Positions 44,298 through 54,072 of a stretch of DNA of 64,000 nucleotides are shown here, in pieces. Below the pieces are notes generated by a model. That model did not search any database. It was not told the origin of the DNA and worked only from the letters and a program-made list of their open reading frames with translations. The stretch comes from a virus (lineage: Duplodnaviria; Caudoviricetes), in the IMG/VR virus record IMGVR_UViG_3300027586_000007, positions 17,497 to 81,496 of that record; one strand, 5' to 3'. Every line of letters starts with the position of its first letter. Within the stretch, counting starts at the first letter, position 1. Made by a program: the position numbers and the translations under genes.

Positions 44298-46418
44298 TTG
44301 ACTAGAAAGTTAAGAATATTTACAGCCTTCCTGCTCTCAGTAGGTTGGCTTTTTGCTGGTCCCTCCCAAGCTAATGCTGCAGACACACTAATAAACGGAT
44401 CCTTCTCGTCAACTGGTGGTGGATGGTCTGGGGCAAATATCACTGGCTCAGCAAACAATAATGCCTCCTGCGACAATGGTGGCCCAAGTATGGGCGCTTG
44501 GGATGACGATGCACTTGTTATGTCGTATGTTAACACGCCAGTTACTCAAGTAGTAACAATATCTCAACCATCTGCAGTTGTTTTTACAGTAAATGCTCGG
44601 AATAGATCAGATGTTCCTGGAGCCCAGTCTACAATAAGGATTCAAGATTCTAATCAAAATATTTCAACGGCAGGAAACTACTCAGTTGATGGTGTCAGTA
44701 AAACACTTACCGTTACTACCACCTCTGCAAATGAAAATGTAACAATAACAATAAGCGGAACAGACGGATTAGGCTGGGCTGGATGCTACGGAACTATATT
44801 TACTAATGCCTCTTTATCTGTGACACCAACAGTTGTTAAAACTATTGGAGCCCCAAGAAATTTAACCATATCTAGCAATGAAACATCAACCGTACTGTCC
44901 TGGCAAGCACCAGATACTGGTAACACACAGCCAGAAAGATATGCTATAAGTTTTAATTGCTCTGGGTGTAATGGCTGGGGAATTGCAACTGGAAATGTTG
45001 GCGGACCAAATTCTTTAAACACAACAATTACAATTGATCACTCTTTGTTAGACGGCCTTCGCCCTGCAGGAACCGTATGGTCATTCCATATTAGATCAGA
45101 TAACGACACGTTTGCTCTTTACTCTGCAAACTCAAATGTTGTTACTGGGTCTACATATGTAGCACCAACACCCACACCAACGCCTACACCAACCCCAACA
45201 CCAACGCCTACACCAACTCCTACACCAGAGCCTTCACCTACACCAACCCCAACACCAACGCCTACACCAACTCCTACACCAACGCCAGAGCCTAGCCCTA
45301 CACCCGCACCTACTCCTGTGCCAACACAAACGGCAGCACCAGAGCCAGTCACAGTAGTTCCTACTGGGCCAACTGCTGAAGAGATTGCAGCGCAAGTAGC
45401 AGCACAGTTATCTGCACAACAAGCGGAAGCAGCAAGAATACAAGCAGAAGCAGCAGCATTAATTGCACAACAGGCAGCAGCAGCACAGGCAGAAGCAAAT
45501 AGGCTTGCAGAATTAGCTGCAGCAAATGCAGAGGCAAATAGAATAGCAGCAGAACTTGCGGCTAAAGTTGCAGCAGAAGCAGCAGCAATGGCAGAAGAAG
45601 CGGCAAGAATACAGGCAGAAATAAATGCAAATGCCGAAGCTGCTCGTATAGCAGCAGAACTTGCAGCATTAGAGGCAGAAATTAAAGCAGCAGCACAGGC
45701 AGAAGCAGACCGTATTGCAGAGGAAGCAGCAGAGGCACAAGCAGAAGCAAATGCTAAAGCAGAAGCTGATAGAATTGAAGCAGAACAAAAGGCTATGGAA
45801 CAAGAAATAGCAAACGCTAAAGCAGAAAAGGAAGCGGCAATAGCAGAAGAAAAGGCGGAAATTGCAGAAGAGTTAGCGGCAATTAAAGAAGAAGAAGAAA
45901 AAGTTGTTGAAGAGATAAAGAAAGCCGTAGAGTCTGGAAAAGAATTAACTGAAGAGCAAAAGGATGTTGTAGTGGCAGCATTAATAGAAACATTGGCACC
46001 AGGAGAATCAATTTCAGTAGCACAAGTTGTAGCGGCTGGAGTTGAGCTTAAAGATTTGCCACCAGATACTCCAATTGAAGTTAGAACATCAGAGTCTGGC
46101 GAAGTCTTAATTATTACTGCTGAGGTGGCAGCAAATATTGAATTAGTTACAGATCCAGGAGCATTGGTGGAGGCAATATTTACAGATCCACAGGCAGCAC
46201 TTGCTGCTATTGGAAGTATAGGCGCTGACATGACTGATGAAGAAAGAAAAGAAGCAACTGAGATGGTTGTAGCAACAGTTGTAGCAACAGGTGCAGCATT
46301 AAATGCTGTAGGTGCCGCTACAGGAACCACTGGAGGGTCCACAGGACATAGTTCTGGAGGATCAGGTGGCGGAGGAGCCGTAGGCGATTCCAAGGGAATA
46401 AGGAGAAGAAGACCATGA
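44298..46418 (+). CDS. Secreted/surface protein: signal peptide, beta-sandwich + Fn3 domains, PT-repeat stalk, Ala/Glu coiled coil, hydrophobic C-terminus
   Basis: Read from the translation; (PT)n at about 45160-45330; EAARIQAE-type repeats; ends RRRRP. Confidence 0.8.
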   Translation: MTRKLRIFTAFLLSVGWLFAGPSQANAADTLINGSFSSTGGGWSGANITGSANNNASCDNGGPSMGAWDDDALVMSYVNTPVTQVVTISQPSAVVFTVNARNRSDVPGAQSTIRIQDSNQNISTAGNYSVDGVSKTLTVTTTSANENVTITISGTDGLGWAGCYGTIFTNASLSVTPTVVKTIGAPRNLTISSNETSTVLSWQAPDTGNTQPERYAISFNCSGCNGWGIATGNVGGPNSLNTTITIDHSLLDGLRPAGTVWSFHIRSDNDTFALYSANSNVVTGSTYVAPTPTPTPTPTPTPTPTPTPTPEPSPTPTPTPTPTPTPTPTPEPSPTPAPTPVPTQTAAPEPVTVVPTGPTAEEIAAQVAAQLSAQQAEAARIQAEAAALIAQQAAAAQAEANRLAELAAANAEANRIAAELAAKVAAEAAAMAEEAARIQAEINANAEAARIAAELAALEAEIKAAAQAEADRIAEEAAEAQAEANAKAEADRIEAEQKAMEQEIANAKAEKEAAIAEEKAEIAEELAAIKEEEEKVVEEIKKAVESGKELTEEQKDVVVAALIETLAPGESISVAQVVAAGVELKDLPPDTPIEVRTSESGEVLIITAEVAANIELVTDPGALVEAIFTDPQAALAAIGSIGADMTDEERKEATEMVVATVVATGAALNAVGAATGTTGGSTGHSSGGSGGGGAVGDSKGIRRRRP
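45161..45330 (+). repeat. Pro-Thr dipeptide repeat tract
   Basis: ccaaca/cctaca/ccaacc degenerate 6-nt repeats encoding APTPTPTP...PEPSPTP... Confidence 0.9.
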
Positions 46419-46594
46419 TAAAGAAAATAATCAAAGATATGATAGATCAACTTTGGACACTTCTAGGTATGTTTATTGCCTGGGTAGTCCTTGATGGTTC
46501 TGCAAAAACAATAGTGGGATATGCAATTGTTTGTACATTAATTGCATGGGGAGTTACATACCCAATTAGAAATAAAGAATGGGATGAAGAATAA
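46415..46594 (+). CDS. Small 2-TM membrane protein (59 aa)
   Basis: [14 protein letters not shown]...[15 protein letters not shown]; coupled to both neighbours; not in the ORF track. Confidence 0.7.
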   Translation: MIKKIIKDMIDQLWTLLGMFIAWVVLDGSAKTIVGYAIVCTLIAWGVTYPIRNKEWDEE

Positions 46595-46884
46595 TGGCAA
46601 AAGCATATATTGAAGAACCAACACATGTAGGCGGAGGTAAGATAGCAAGCATCAATAATATTTTAGCTAGAATTATTGCTGTATTTGCAGCCTCTGGATT
46701 ATCTGTAATTGGAGCGGGTGCAGTAGTAGGAATTGAAACCTATAAAGCAGTTATATTAGCAGGAACTCTTGGCGTTGCCACCGTAGTTGAAAGGCTTGCA
46801 CGAGGATTCCTAGATGATGGCAAATTGACCGTATCAGAAATTAACTCAGCATTCTTATCAGTAGATAAAAAAGCCAACAAATAA
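46594..46884 (+). CDS. Small membrane protein (2 TM; holin-like candidate)
   Basis: Two hydrophobic segments; charged C-terminus. Confidence 0.6.
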   Translation: MAKAYIEEPTHVGGGKIASINNILARIIAVFAASGLSVIGAGAVVGIETYKAVILAGTLGVATVVERLARGFLDDGKLTVSEINSAFLSVDKKANK

Positions 46885-46899
46885 TGCTATAATTATCTT

Positions 46900-47046
46900 A
46901 TGGATAAATACAGTATAAAACTAGAAGTTTTAGCCGAAGTAGAAGCTTTTTCAGAAGCAGATGCTAGGGAGTATATATCTGACATCTTCAATATTGATGA
47001 TGAAATTAAAAACGTTAAGGTAATTAAAGTCACTAAAAACAGTTGA
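46900..47046 (+). CDS. Hypothetical 48-aa protein
   Basis: Leaderless TGCTATAAT-N6-ATG. Confidence 0.6.
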   Translation: MDKYSIKLEVLAEVEAFSEADAREYISDIFNIDDEIKNVKVIKVTKNS

Positions 47047-47086
47047 CATGTCCATTTTGTCACGGTATAATAATACTAAGCACTAT

Positions 47087-47170
47087 GCCCGTATGGCGGA
47101 ATTGGCAGACGCAGCAGACTTAAAATTTGCCTCCAACCGTGGAGTATCGGTTCAAATCCGATTATGGGTA
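47087..47170 (+). tRNA. trnL: tRNA-Leu(TAA)
   Basis: Long variable arm CTCCA-ACCG-TGGAG; anticodon arm GCAGA-CTTAAAA-TTTGC; preceded by TTGACA-N17-TATAAT (47043-47071). Confidence 0.92.
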
Positions 47171-47186
47171 CTAGACAGGAAGTTCA

Positions 47187-47417
47187 TTGCTTAACTTAAC
47201 TGAACTAGGAGTAGATATCTTTATAAAAAGATCTAACTCTAAAAATGTTCAATCTTTCTGGAATAACTATTCTTTAGTTATATGGAAGAAAAATAATTCT
47301 GGTTTTACAAACAAAAAAGGACTATTCAGAAATGGATGGGGAGTTTCAGAAAAGTTTGACATTAGCAACGAAGGGGTCTGGGAGCTTCCAGTAAAGTATG
47401 TCAAAATTTTTAAATAA
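47187..47417 (+). CDS. Hypothetical protein
   Basis: ORF overlapping the start of the whiB-like gene. Confidence 0.55.
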   Translation: MLNLTELGVDIFIKRSNSKNVQSFWNNYSLVIWKKNNSGFTNKKGLFRNGWGVSEKFDISNEGVWELPVKYVKIFK

Positions 47418-47709
47418 CCTAGGAATAGATAAAGAAAATATGCGTTGGCAAGACCTTGCCTTATGCTTGGGAATGGAAACCAACCTGTTCTTTGACTCAT
47501 ATGAGTCTGATGTCAATGTGGCTAAAAGTATTGATCAGGCATGTATGTCGTGTCCAGTAATAGCTATGTGCTATAAATATGGTACAGAATCAGAAAATTA
47601 TGGTGTCTGGGGTGGTGTATACTTATCTAATGGGGTAAGAGATAAGTCAAAAAACCTACACAAAACCAAAGAAGTAGAAAAGATTTTAAAAAAGAAACAC
47701 GGGGGTTAA
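47398..47709 (+). CDS. whiB: WhiB-family transcription factor
   Basis: WQDLALC...FF...CMSCPVIAMC...YGVWGG (four Cys + GVWGG). Confidence 0.9.
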   Translation: MSKFLNNLGIDKENMRWQDLALCLGMETNLFFDSYESDVNVAKSIDQACMSCPVIAMCYKYGTESENYGVWGGVYLSNGVRDKSKNLHKTKEVEKILKKKHGG

Positions 47710-47710
47710 T

Positions 47711-48418
47711 ATGTTTTCTGACAAGCCAGGATGTATAAAGTTAGCAGATGAGATATATTTATTTAAGGGATATATCCCTAGAGACATAGTAGATAAATTT
47801 GTTGAACTCCTTGAATCAATGGACCCTAAAGAATTTTGGGAAGATGAAGATTTTATTGAATGGTATTATGACAAGATGAGCCCATCAATACCAGAATTTT
47901 TTGATATATGGGAAAAGGTTTCTGAATTAATCTATCCAGAGTATATAATAAATCCTCAAGATAAGGTTATAGCATCAAGACCAGGACAAGAAGGAATGTT
48001 TGTACATTGTGACAGTCCAGGCATGGGAAACAAAGACATGTTAACACAAGAAGATGGATACGGAACATGCAGCCTTATATCTTATGGACTGGTTGCATAC
48101 CTAGGTAATTTTGAAGGCGGAGAAGTTTTTTATCCAGCTTTTGATATCAACGGCAATCTAATGGAAATATATGATCCATCACCAGAAGGCAAGCTTTCTT
48201 ATAAGCCAGAGCCTGGTGATGTAATAATACATCACGCTGAAGCACCTTATTACCATGGAACAAAACCTGTCCTGTCTGGTACTCGCTACGCATACTCTTT
48301 ATTTGCAACAGAAATTAGTATGTCTCCTGGAACATTCTTACACTACAAAACTCCAGAGTATATTGAAACAATGAGAGATAAATCAAAAGAAGCACTGGAC
48401 AAGTGGTTAAATGGCTAA
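47711..48418 (+). CDS. 2OG-Fe(II) oxygenase #4
   Basis: HCD...YLGNFEGGE...GDVIIH...YHG...RYAY. Confidence 0.85.
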   Translation: MFSDKPGCIKLADEIYLFKGYIPRDIVDKFVELLESMDPKEFWEDEDFIEWYYDKMSPSIPEFFDIWEKVSELIYPEYIINPQDKVIASRPGQEGMFVHCDSPGMGNKDMLTQEDGYGTCSLISYGLVAYLGNFEGGEVFYPAFDINGNLMEIYDPSPEGKLSYKPEPGDVIIHHAEAPYYHGTKPVLSGTRYAYSLFATEISMSPGTFLHYKTPEYIETMRDKSKEALDKWLNG

Positions 48419-48734
48419 CTTTATAAACAAAGATAAAGAGCATTTTAAGTATGGAATAAATCAATGGACTGGTGAAGCAAACAAGCCAGTTTTTTATACA
48501 AAAGAAATGGCAAGAAAAGTGAGAGAATTAAAAAGCCCTTCACACGACTTACAGATGGATATTATAAAGTATCCTGAATTTTTAGCAATAAGATTATATG
48601 AAAACAATTTTTCGCAGTACGATGGTAGTATGAGAATGAGAGTTATAGATTATATCGAGATGGTTAAAAGGATCCTAGAATCATATGGGGTACGAGTCGA
48701 GTTGGAGGGGAAACCAGGTGGAAGAACAAGATGA
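48411..48734 (+). CDS. Hypothetical protein
   Basis: Coupled ORF. Confidence 0.6.
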   Translation: MANFINKDKEHFKYGINQWTGEANKPVFYTKEMARKVRELKSPSHDLQMDIIKYPEFLAIRLYENNFSQYDGSMRMRVIDYIEMVKRILESYGVRVELEGKPGGRTR

Positions 48735-48912
48735 TGTTGCATCAATTGTTTATATTATTCCTGAACGAAGATATGGGGTAATAGTATCACAGGGGGCATA
48801 TATGTCCTCCATAAGGTACAATGATGGTTTTGAAGATGTAGTAGAGCTTTTTGATACAGGTGATTTTATTGTTTCAAATGAAATCAGTATTATGAATATA
48901 GAGGAGAATTAA
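48718..48912 (+). CDS. Hypothetical protein (SH3-like beta barrel?)
   Basis: GTG start after GGAGG; VYIIPERRYGVIV pattern. Confidence 0.45.
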   Translation: MEEQDDVASIVYIIPERRYGVIVSQGAYMSSIRYNDGFEDVVELFDTGDFIVSNEISIMNIEEN

Positions 48913-49352
48913 TGTCAAGGACTGAGCATATTGATGAGTTATCTAATTATCTTTTAGATAGGAAAGACCTGTTTTTACTTACAATTGCAAGGGACGGGGA
49001 ATTACCAGTAAGATCAATGTACTTTTATCAAGATAAAAGTGTAGCATTTGAGGCATATGAAAGGTATACAAACTTTGGATTTGCCAAAGAGTTTTTAGAT
49101 GTTTGTCTCTATGAGCCAACAGGAGAAGACCATAAGAAAACTTTAAGACGCCCACCTGCTGGAGAATGCAGTTATGTAAGAGAGAACTATGTACAAGCAA
49201 GAATTCTTATATCTTCATTTAAAAATACAATAAGCCAAGAAGAATATTCAAGGCTAATAGAAGGATTTGCCCGTATATTTTCGCAGGATAATATAAGATT
49301 TAACTCAGAAAGATTTTTTGAAGAACTAAACTATAAAAAGGGAAACGACTAA
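48912..49352 (+). CDS. Hypothetical protein
   Basis: TAATG-coupled ORF. Confidence 0.6.
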   Translation: MSRTEHIDELSNYLLDRKDLFLLTIARDGELPVRSMYFYQDKSVAFEAYERYTNFGFAKEFLDVCLYEPTGEDHKKTLRRPPAGECSYVRENYVQARILISSFKNTISQEEYSRLIEGFARIFSQDNIRFNSERFFEELNYKKGND

Positions 49353-49588
49353 TGGAAAAAGTACTGTGTTATTCTTGTAATAAGAGTAAAGCAAATTTAA
49401 ACCTAAAAAGATCCAGCCTGCTTGCAATAAATTTATTGATGTGCGAAACATGCATAACTAATAAATTTGAGCCTAGATGGACAATAATTTTGTGTGGCAG
49501 ACAACACGGACATGAAATAGTAAAAGATTACATATCTAAGAAAAGATATGTTGGAGAAGACATAAAAGCCTCAGAACTCTTAATTTAA
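49352..49588 (+). CDS. Zinc-binding hypothetical protein
   Basis: CYSC...CETC. Confidence 0.6.
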   Translation: MEKVLCYSCNKSKANLNLKRSSLLAINLLMCETCITNKFEPRWTIILCGRQHGHEIVKDYISKKRYVGEDIKASELLI

Positions 49589-49617
49589 GTCTTTTTTAGG
49601 GTATAATTGTATATATA

Positions 49618-49944
49618 ATGTTCAATCTTACCCAACTACTAATAACTCTATCCGCCGCTCTTTGCAGCGGCTTAATAGGGGTATTCTTTAATTACAGGCA
49701 AGGAAAGAAAAAAGAATTAATTCGGCTAGCTGAAAAGCAGCACGATGGACTTTTAATTGAACTTAAAGACCTTCAGATAAAATTATATAAATTAGAAAAA
49801 GATTTAGATGAATGGAAGCAGAAATATTACGATGCGCTGCAGGAACTAATTCATGTAAAATCTGACCTAGAAGAGTCATTGCTTAAATTAGAGCATATCG
49901 GGGTCCATATTGACGCTGATGATGTAATGCAGATAGACAAATAA
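49618..49944 (+). CDS. Membrane-anchored coiled-coil protein
   Basis: N-terminal TM segment followed by heptad repeats. Confidence 0.6.
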   Translation: MFNLTQLLITLSAALCSGLIGVFFNYRQGKKKELIRLAEKQHDGLLIELKDLQIKLYKLEKDLDEWKQKYYDALQELIHVKSDLEESLLKLEHIGVHIDADDVMQIDK

Positions 49945-49968
49945 TTTTTAAAATAGTACAATAAAGAC

Positions 49969-50526
49969 ATGACTTGTATTGTTGCCATTGCCCAAAACGG
50001 AACCGTATATATGGGTTCCGATCATGCCGCATCAGATGAGAAAACTGGCTGGATCCTGTCAAGAAAAGAGCCTAAAGTTTTTAAAGTTGGGCAGTATGGC
50101 ATTGCATTTACTGATTCTTTTAGAATGGGTCAGATTCTTCAATACTCATGGACTCCACCAAAATATACTCCGACAAAAACTAATTCTGGATTAGATAAGT
50201 TTATGAGAACTAAGTTTATTGATTCTGTTAAAGTTGCATTTAAAGATGGTGGATACGGAAGTATTGGATCTTCTTCTGAAGAAGACACTGGCGGTATTTT
50301 TATAGTTGGGGTTTGCGGAAGACTCTTTACCATAGATGAAGACTTTCATGTTGGAGAGAATGTTGTGAATTATATGGCGGAAGGCAGTGGTGGAATGATA
50401 GCGCTTGGAGCCTTGCATGCAACAAAGAAGCAAAGAAACCCTAGACTTAGACTTAAGGCTGCATTAGAAGCGGCAACTGAATTCAATATGAGCGTAGCAG
50501 GACCCTATACATATATCCAGGTTTAA
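49969..50526 (+). CDS. Ntn-hydrolase (HslV/proteasome-beta-like peptidase)
   Basis: M-TCIVAI (N-terminal Thr nucleophile), GSD, KVFK, GSGG..ALGAL. Confidence 0.78.
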   Translation: MTCIVAIAQNGTVYMGSDHAASDEKTGWILSRKEPKVFKVGQYGIAFTDSFRMGQILQYSWTPPKYTPTKTNSGLDKFMRTKFIDSVKVAFKDGGYGSIGSSSEEDTGGIFIVGVCGRLFTIDEDFHVGENVVNYMAEGSGGMIALGALHATKKQRNPRLRLKAALEAATEFNMSVAGPYTYIQV

Positions 50527-50540
50527 GGTATAATGATAAT

Positions 50541-50912
50541 ATGAAAATTGCGTTCATAATATCTGTTGTAATATCCGTAATCTTATCTGCTTTCTTCCTA
50601 AGAATGCTTTTGAGAAGGTTTAAAATAGGAATCTACTATATAGATAAGTATGAAGAAGCAGTACAGGATGCGTTAAGCGAGATAGCAAGAAGCGATCCTA
50701 AGTATATTCCGCCTGTTGATTATGATAATGCAATGGATCTAAGAGGAACTCCAACGCACATTTGCCCTTGTGGCTCACAAGTATGGCTACTTAAAGTTAC
50801 TTTTGTAGACTATGAAATATCTAATTACTTTTTAGACATGGAATGTCTAATGTGCGGTAGCTTTGCCACCGCACCAACCCCAATAGATAAGGCTAATCAT
50901 GAGGAAATCTAA
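50541..50912 (+). CDS. Membrane-anchored zinc-ribbon protein
   Basis: N-terminal TM; CPCG...CLMCG; leaderless. Confidence 0.6.
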   Translation: MKIAFIISVVISVILSAFFLRMLLRRFKIGIYYIDKYEEAVQDALSEIARSDPKYIPPVDYDNAMDLRGTPTHICPCGSQVWLLKVTFVDYEISNYFLDMECLMCGSFATAPTPIDKANHEEI

Positions 50913-51054
50913 AAAAATCAAGGACTTAGAGTCTAGAGTAGACGAACTAAGCATGATGACACAAACATTAATATCTTTAGTTAATGATATTATGGACAAA
51001 AATAACAAGAAGTCTGATCTCGACGCTGGAAAATGGTATAAGGACAAGCCTTGA
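50899..51054 (+). CDS. Hypothetical 51-aa protein
   Basis: ORF read by eye. Confidence 0.45.
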   Translation: MRKSKKIKDLESRVDELSMMTQTLISLVNDIMDKNNKKSDLDAGKWYKDKP

Positions 51055-51084
51055 CAATCACATTCTATTTAGTATAATTAGAAT

Positions 51085-52254
51085 ATGAAAAATAAATTAA
51101 TCACGGCGGTACTTACTTTATCACTTCTATCCCCTGTAGCAATTTCACAGGCATCTGGCGCAGACGCACCAGTTCTAGCAATCCTAGACACAGCAATCGA
51201 TACATCACTACCAAATCTTCAAGGCAAGATTGTAGGAGAGGTGTGTATCCTAGAATATGCTCTCTGTCCAAACGGAACAAACTTTCAAGAAGGCAGTGGG
51301 GCTGCCTCTATGCCAGCAGATCTAATTGTCAAAAATGGATTTGATCATGGAACATATATGGCTAGCACTGCAGTTCAATATAACCCTAATCTTAAAATAC
51401 TTTTCATTAAGATTATTGCTAACACACCTACTGGTTTAAGAAAGCCAACTGGAGAATCAACAATTTCAGCAGCACTATTCTGGATAAAAGAAAATGCTGC
51501 TAAGTATAATGTAAAGGCAGTTTCTATTTCACAAGGTAGCAGCGGAATGCTTGGTAAATCTGGTACAGAATACTGTCCAACATTCCCAAGAACAGTAACT
51601 GCAGTCCAATCTTTGAACTCAATGTCTATTCCAGTTTTTTCTGCAGCAGGTAATGCACGTGACTATTCACGAATTGATTGGCCATCATGTATTACAGATG
51701 TTGTATCTGTTGGAGCGGTAGACCAAATTGGTGAAATCACTTCATACAGCAATAACGATTCAGCACTCCTAGACTTCTTTGCATTAGGAAACATGCCTGC
51801 AGTAGGCCCAGGAAATATTACTAAAAATATTGCTGGAACTTCTTCTGCAACACAAGTTACTGCTGCAACCTATTTATCTTTATCTGTAAGCACTGGTAAA
51901 TCTGGTAATGATCTAATTAATATTATGAAAGCCAATGCAACTAATACAGTTGGAAGACAAGGATCTTTTAAGAAAAAGATTACTTCTGCAACATCTGCAA
52001 CACCTGCTAATAACACTGCAGCAGCAGACGCAGCAGCCAAAGCAGCAGCAGACGCAGCAGCCAAAGCAGCAGCAGACGCAGCAGCCAAAGCAGCAGCAGA
52101 CGCAGCAGCCAAAGCAGCAGCAAGGTCAGCATTACAGGCTGAAGTTAATGCAGCGATTGTTGCAGCAGAAACACAGTATCAGAATGAATTAAAAATTGCA
52201 CAAGATAAGCTTGCTGCAACTAAAGCACTTTGGCTGGCAAAACTTAATGGCTGA
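51085..52254 (+). CDS. Secreted subtilisin-like (S8) serine protease with Ala-rich coiled-coil tail
   Basis: Signal peptide; AILDT (Asp), DHGTYMAS (His), AAGN (oxyanion Asn), GTSSAT (Ser). Confidence 0.85.
   Translation: MKNKLITAVLTLSLLSPVAISQASGADAPVLAILDTAIDTSLPNLQGKIVGEVCILEYALCPNGTNFQEGSGAASMPADLIVKNGFDHGTYMASTAVQYNPNLKILFIKIIANTPTGLRKPTGESTISAALFWIKENAAKYNVKAVSISQGSSGMLGKSGTEYCPTFPRTVTAVQSLNSMSIPVFSAAGNARDYSRIDWPSCITDVVSVGAVDQIGEITSYSNNDSALLDFFALGNMPAVGPGNITKNIAGTSSATQVTAATYLSLSVSTGKSGNDLINIMKANATNTVGRQGSFKKKITSATSATPANNTAAADAAAKAAADAAAKAAADAAAKAAADAAAKAAARSALQAEVNAAIVAAETQYQNELKIAQDKLAATKALWLAKLNG
52021..52116 (+). repeat. 4 perfect 24-nt tandem repeats (AADAAAKA)
   Basis: GCAGCAGACGCAGCAGCCAAAGCA x4. 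Confidence 0.92.
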
Positions 52255-52453
52255 ATTAACAGTAATGGATGAAATTGTTGGGGAAGTTGCTGAGAGCCTA
52301 TATAAAAAATGGGTCTCAGCAATGCCTGATGATGAAAAAAATCAACAAGCCTTTAGCGCAATGTCAAAGAATGCACACGAAACAACCCTATTTGTAATAC
52401 AAGACTTTATGAATAGATTTAATGCAGCAGCAGAGGAACTCAAAGACAAATGA
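52247..52453 (+). CDS. Hypothetical protein
   Basis: The likely start is ATG 52247. Confidence 0.55.
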   Translation: MAELTVMDEIVGEVAESLYKKWVSAMPDDEKNQQAFSAMSKNAHETTLFVIQDFMNRFNAAAEELKDK

Positions 52454-52752
52454 TAGTGACAGACGAAAGTTTTGATAGAGTACTTGAATCTCACAATTTG
52501 GTTCTTATCGACTTTTGGGCTGAATGGTGTGGACCCTGTAAAAAAGTATCTCCTATCCTAGATGAGATAGCAAATGAGTGCGGGCTCTGGATTGGAAAGT
52601 TAAATGTTGATGAGAATCCTATTAAATCAGATGAATTTAGCATAAAGACTATACCAACTATGGTATTATTCAGTTATGGTAAACCAGTCAAGACAATAAC
52701 AGGGGCAAAGCCAAAGCACGTGTTACTTGAGGAGTTATCAAAATGGATTTAG
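52450..52752 (+). CDS. trxA: Thioredoxin
   Basis: DFWAEWCGPCK, IPT (cis-Pro). Confidence 0.93.
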   Translation: MIVTDESFDRVLESHNLVLIDFWAEWCGPCKKVSPILDEIANECGLWIGKLNVDENPIKSDEFSIKTIPTMVLFSYGKPVKTITGAKPKHVLLEELSKWI

Positions 52753-52943
52753 AGTTTGATTCGGAAGATTCTAGCCATTTAGAGTTTGAAATATGGCTTA
52801 AAAATGGCTATGATCGTGGATGGGTATCAGATGTATTTTGCGATACGCATGAAGGCCCACCAATGTCAGATGAAGATATGGAAGAATGGGATGAGGGCGG
52901 AGACCCTTGCTCATTTCACGTAAAATTACATGAATTACATTAG
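52743..52943 (+). CDS. Acidic hypothetical protein
   Basis: CDTHEG...GGDPC. Confidence 0.55.
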   Translation: MDLEFDSEDSSHLEFEIWLKNGYDRGWVSDVFCDTHEGPPMSDEDMEEWDEGGDPCSFHVKLHELH

Positions 52944-53037
52944 CAACATTTGACACAGAAAAACGTCTTACATAGTGTGAACATGTCACAAAATTCTGCA
53001 TTAAATAATGTAGAGGAAATAAGGAGAAATAAATAGA

Positions 53038-54060
53038 ATGAACTCATTCAAGAAAGTATCGCTAATCATCGCTGCAGCCCTGACTAGCACAATGCTTGTA
53101 TCGCCAGCAGCTAACGCTAACGCTGGAACTGTCACCCTAACGGTGGCGGGAACTGCAGCAACAGGTGGAACAGTAGTAACAACTCCTGTATCACTACCAG
53201 TACCAGCAGATAACAGTGTAGATGCAGCAGATGCATTGAAGATTGCCGTAACAGGCGTAGACACTGGAACAGCAGTAACAGCAGTTGCAGTAAATGCAAC
53301 ACTTGTTCCTGCCCTAGCAGCAACTGGTGCAGCAGTAACAGCATCATCTGGAACCTCAACGCTATCAATTGCAACAGGAACTGGAACATCAGCAGACTTT
53401 TATGTATATACTAAAAGTACAGCAGTAGGATCAGTATCGATTACTCGTGCTGGAACTACAACAGTTTATTATGTACAAGGTACCGCAGGTGCTTTGAACT
53501 CAATTACACTAACCGCTCCTGCATCAGCAGCAGCAGGTACATCACAGGTACTCAAGGTATCTGGATTTGACGTGTTCGGTAATGCAAAGGGTGGAGCCAC
53601 AATTAATACTTTGGTTTCAAGCTCTGGAGCAGCATTGGCAACAGCGCTGACAACTGACACAGCAGTAGCAACACTTGGAACAAAAGAGCAGACAGTAACA
53701 GTCCCTGCAACTGGTTCAATCACAGTAGTTGCATACGCAACAGTAGCAACAGCCGTAACAGGTTTAGCAGCACCAGTCGGTTCTGTAAGCGCTACAATTG
53801 TAGTACGTGATATTGCAGCAGAACTTACAGCAAAGAATGCAGAACTTGCAGCAGCAAACCAAGCACTTGCAACAGCCAATGCAGCACTAGCAGCAGAGAA
53901 GGCAGGACGTGCAGCCGATAAAGCAGCAGCAGATTCTGCAACTGCAACAGCAAAGGCAACAGCAGATCTTGCTAAGGCTACATACAAGGCGGAATACAAT
54001 GCACTTGCAACTAAGTGGAACAAGAAGTTCCCTAAGCTAAAGGTAGCACTAAAGAAGTAA
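53038..54060 (+). CDS. Secreted Ala/Thr-rich surface protein with Ig-like repeats and C-terminal coiled coil
   Basis: Signal peptide (MNSFKKVSLIIAAAL...ANA); strong RBS; strongly biased codons; dedicated terminator. Confidence 0.75.
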   Translation: MNSFKKVSLIIAAALTSTMLVSPAANANAGTVTLTVAGTAATGGTVVTTPVSLPVPADNSVDAADALKIAVTGVDTGTAVTAVAVNATLVPALAATGAAVTASSGTSTLSIATGTGTSADFYVYTKSTAVGSVSITRAGTTTVYYVQGTAGALNSITLTAPASAAAGTSQVLKVSGFDVFGNAKGGATINTLVSSSGAALATALTTDTAVATLGTKEQTVTVPATGSITVVAYATVATAVTGLAAPVGSVSATIVVRDIAAELTAKNAELAAANQALATANAALAAEKAGRAADKAAADSATATAKATADLAKATYKAEYNALATKWNKKFPKLKVALKK

Positions 54061-54072
54061 ATAACTTCAATT

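Noticed and set aside
45119-46450. 443-aa minus-strand ORF
   Set aside because: It is the antisense shadow of the Ala/Glu/Pro-Thr-rich gene 44298..46418. GCA-rich codons leave the reverse frame open, and there is no RBS or promoter.
52021-52116. 24-nt direct repeats as a mini-CRISPR
   Set aside because: The repeats are contiguous with no spacers and are in frame within the subtilase.
52976-52990. TGTGA-ACATG-TCACA as a CRP/GlxR site
   Set aside because: The spacer is 5 nt rather than the required 6. It may be another operator, but this is unsupported.
53469-54023. 184-aa minus-strand ORF (and similar ones at 51870..52112 and 53001..53264)
   Set aside because: Antisense shadows of Ala-rich plus-strand genes.
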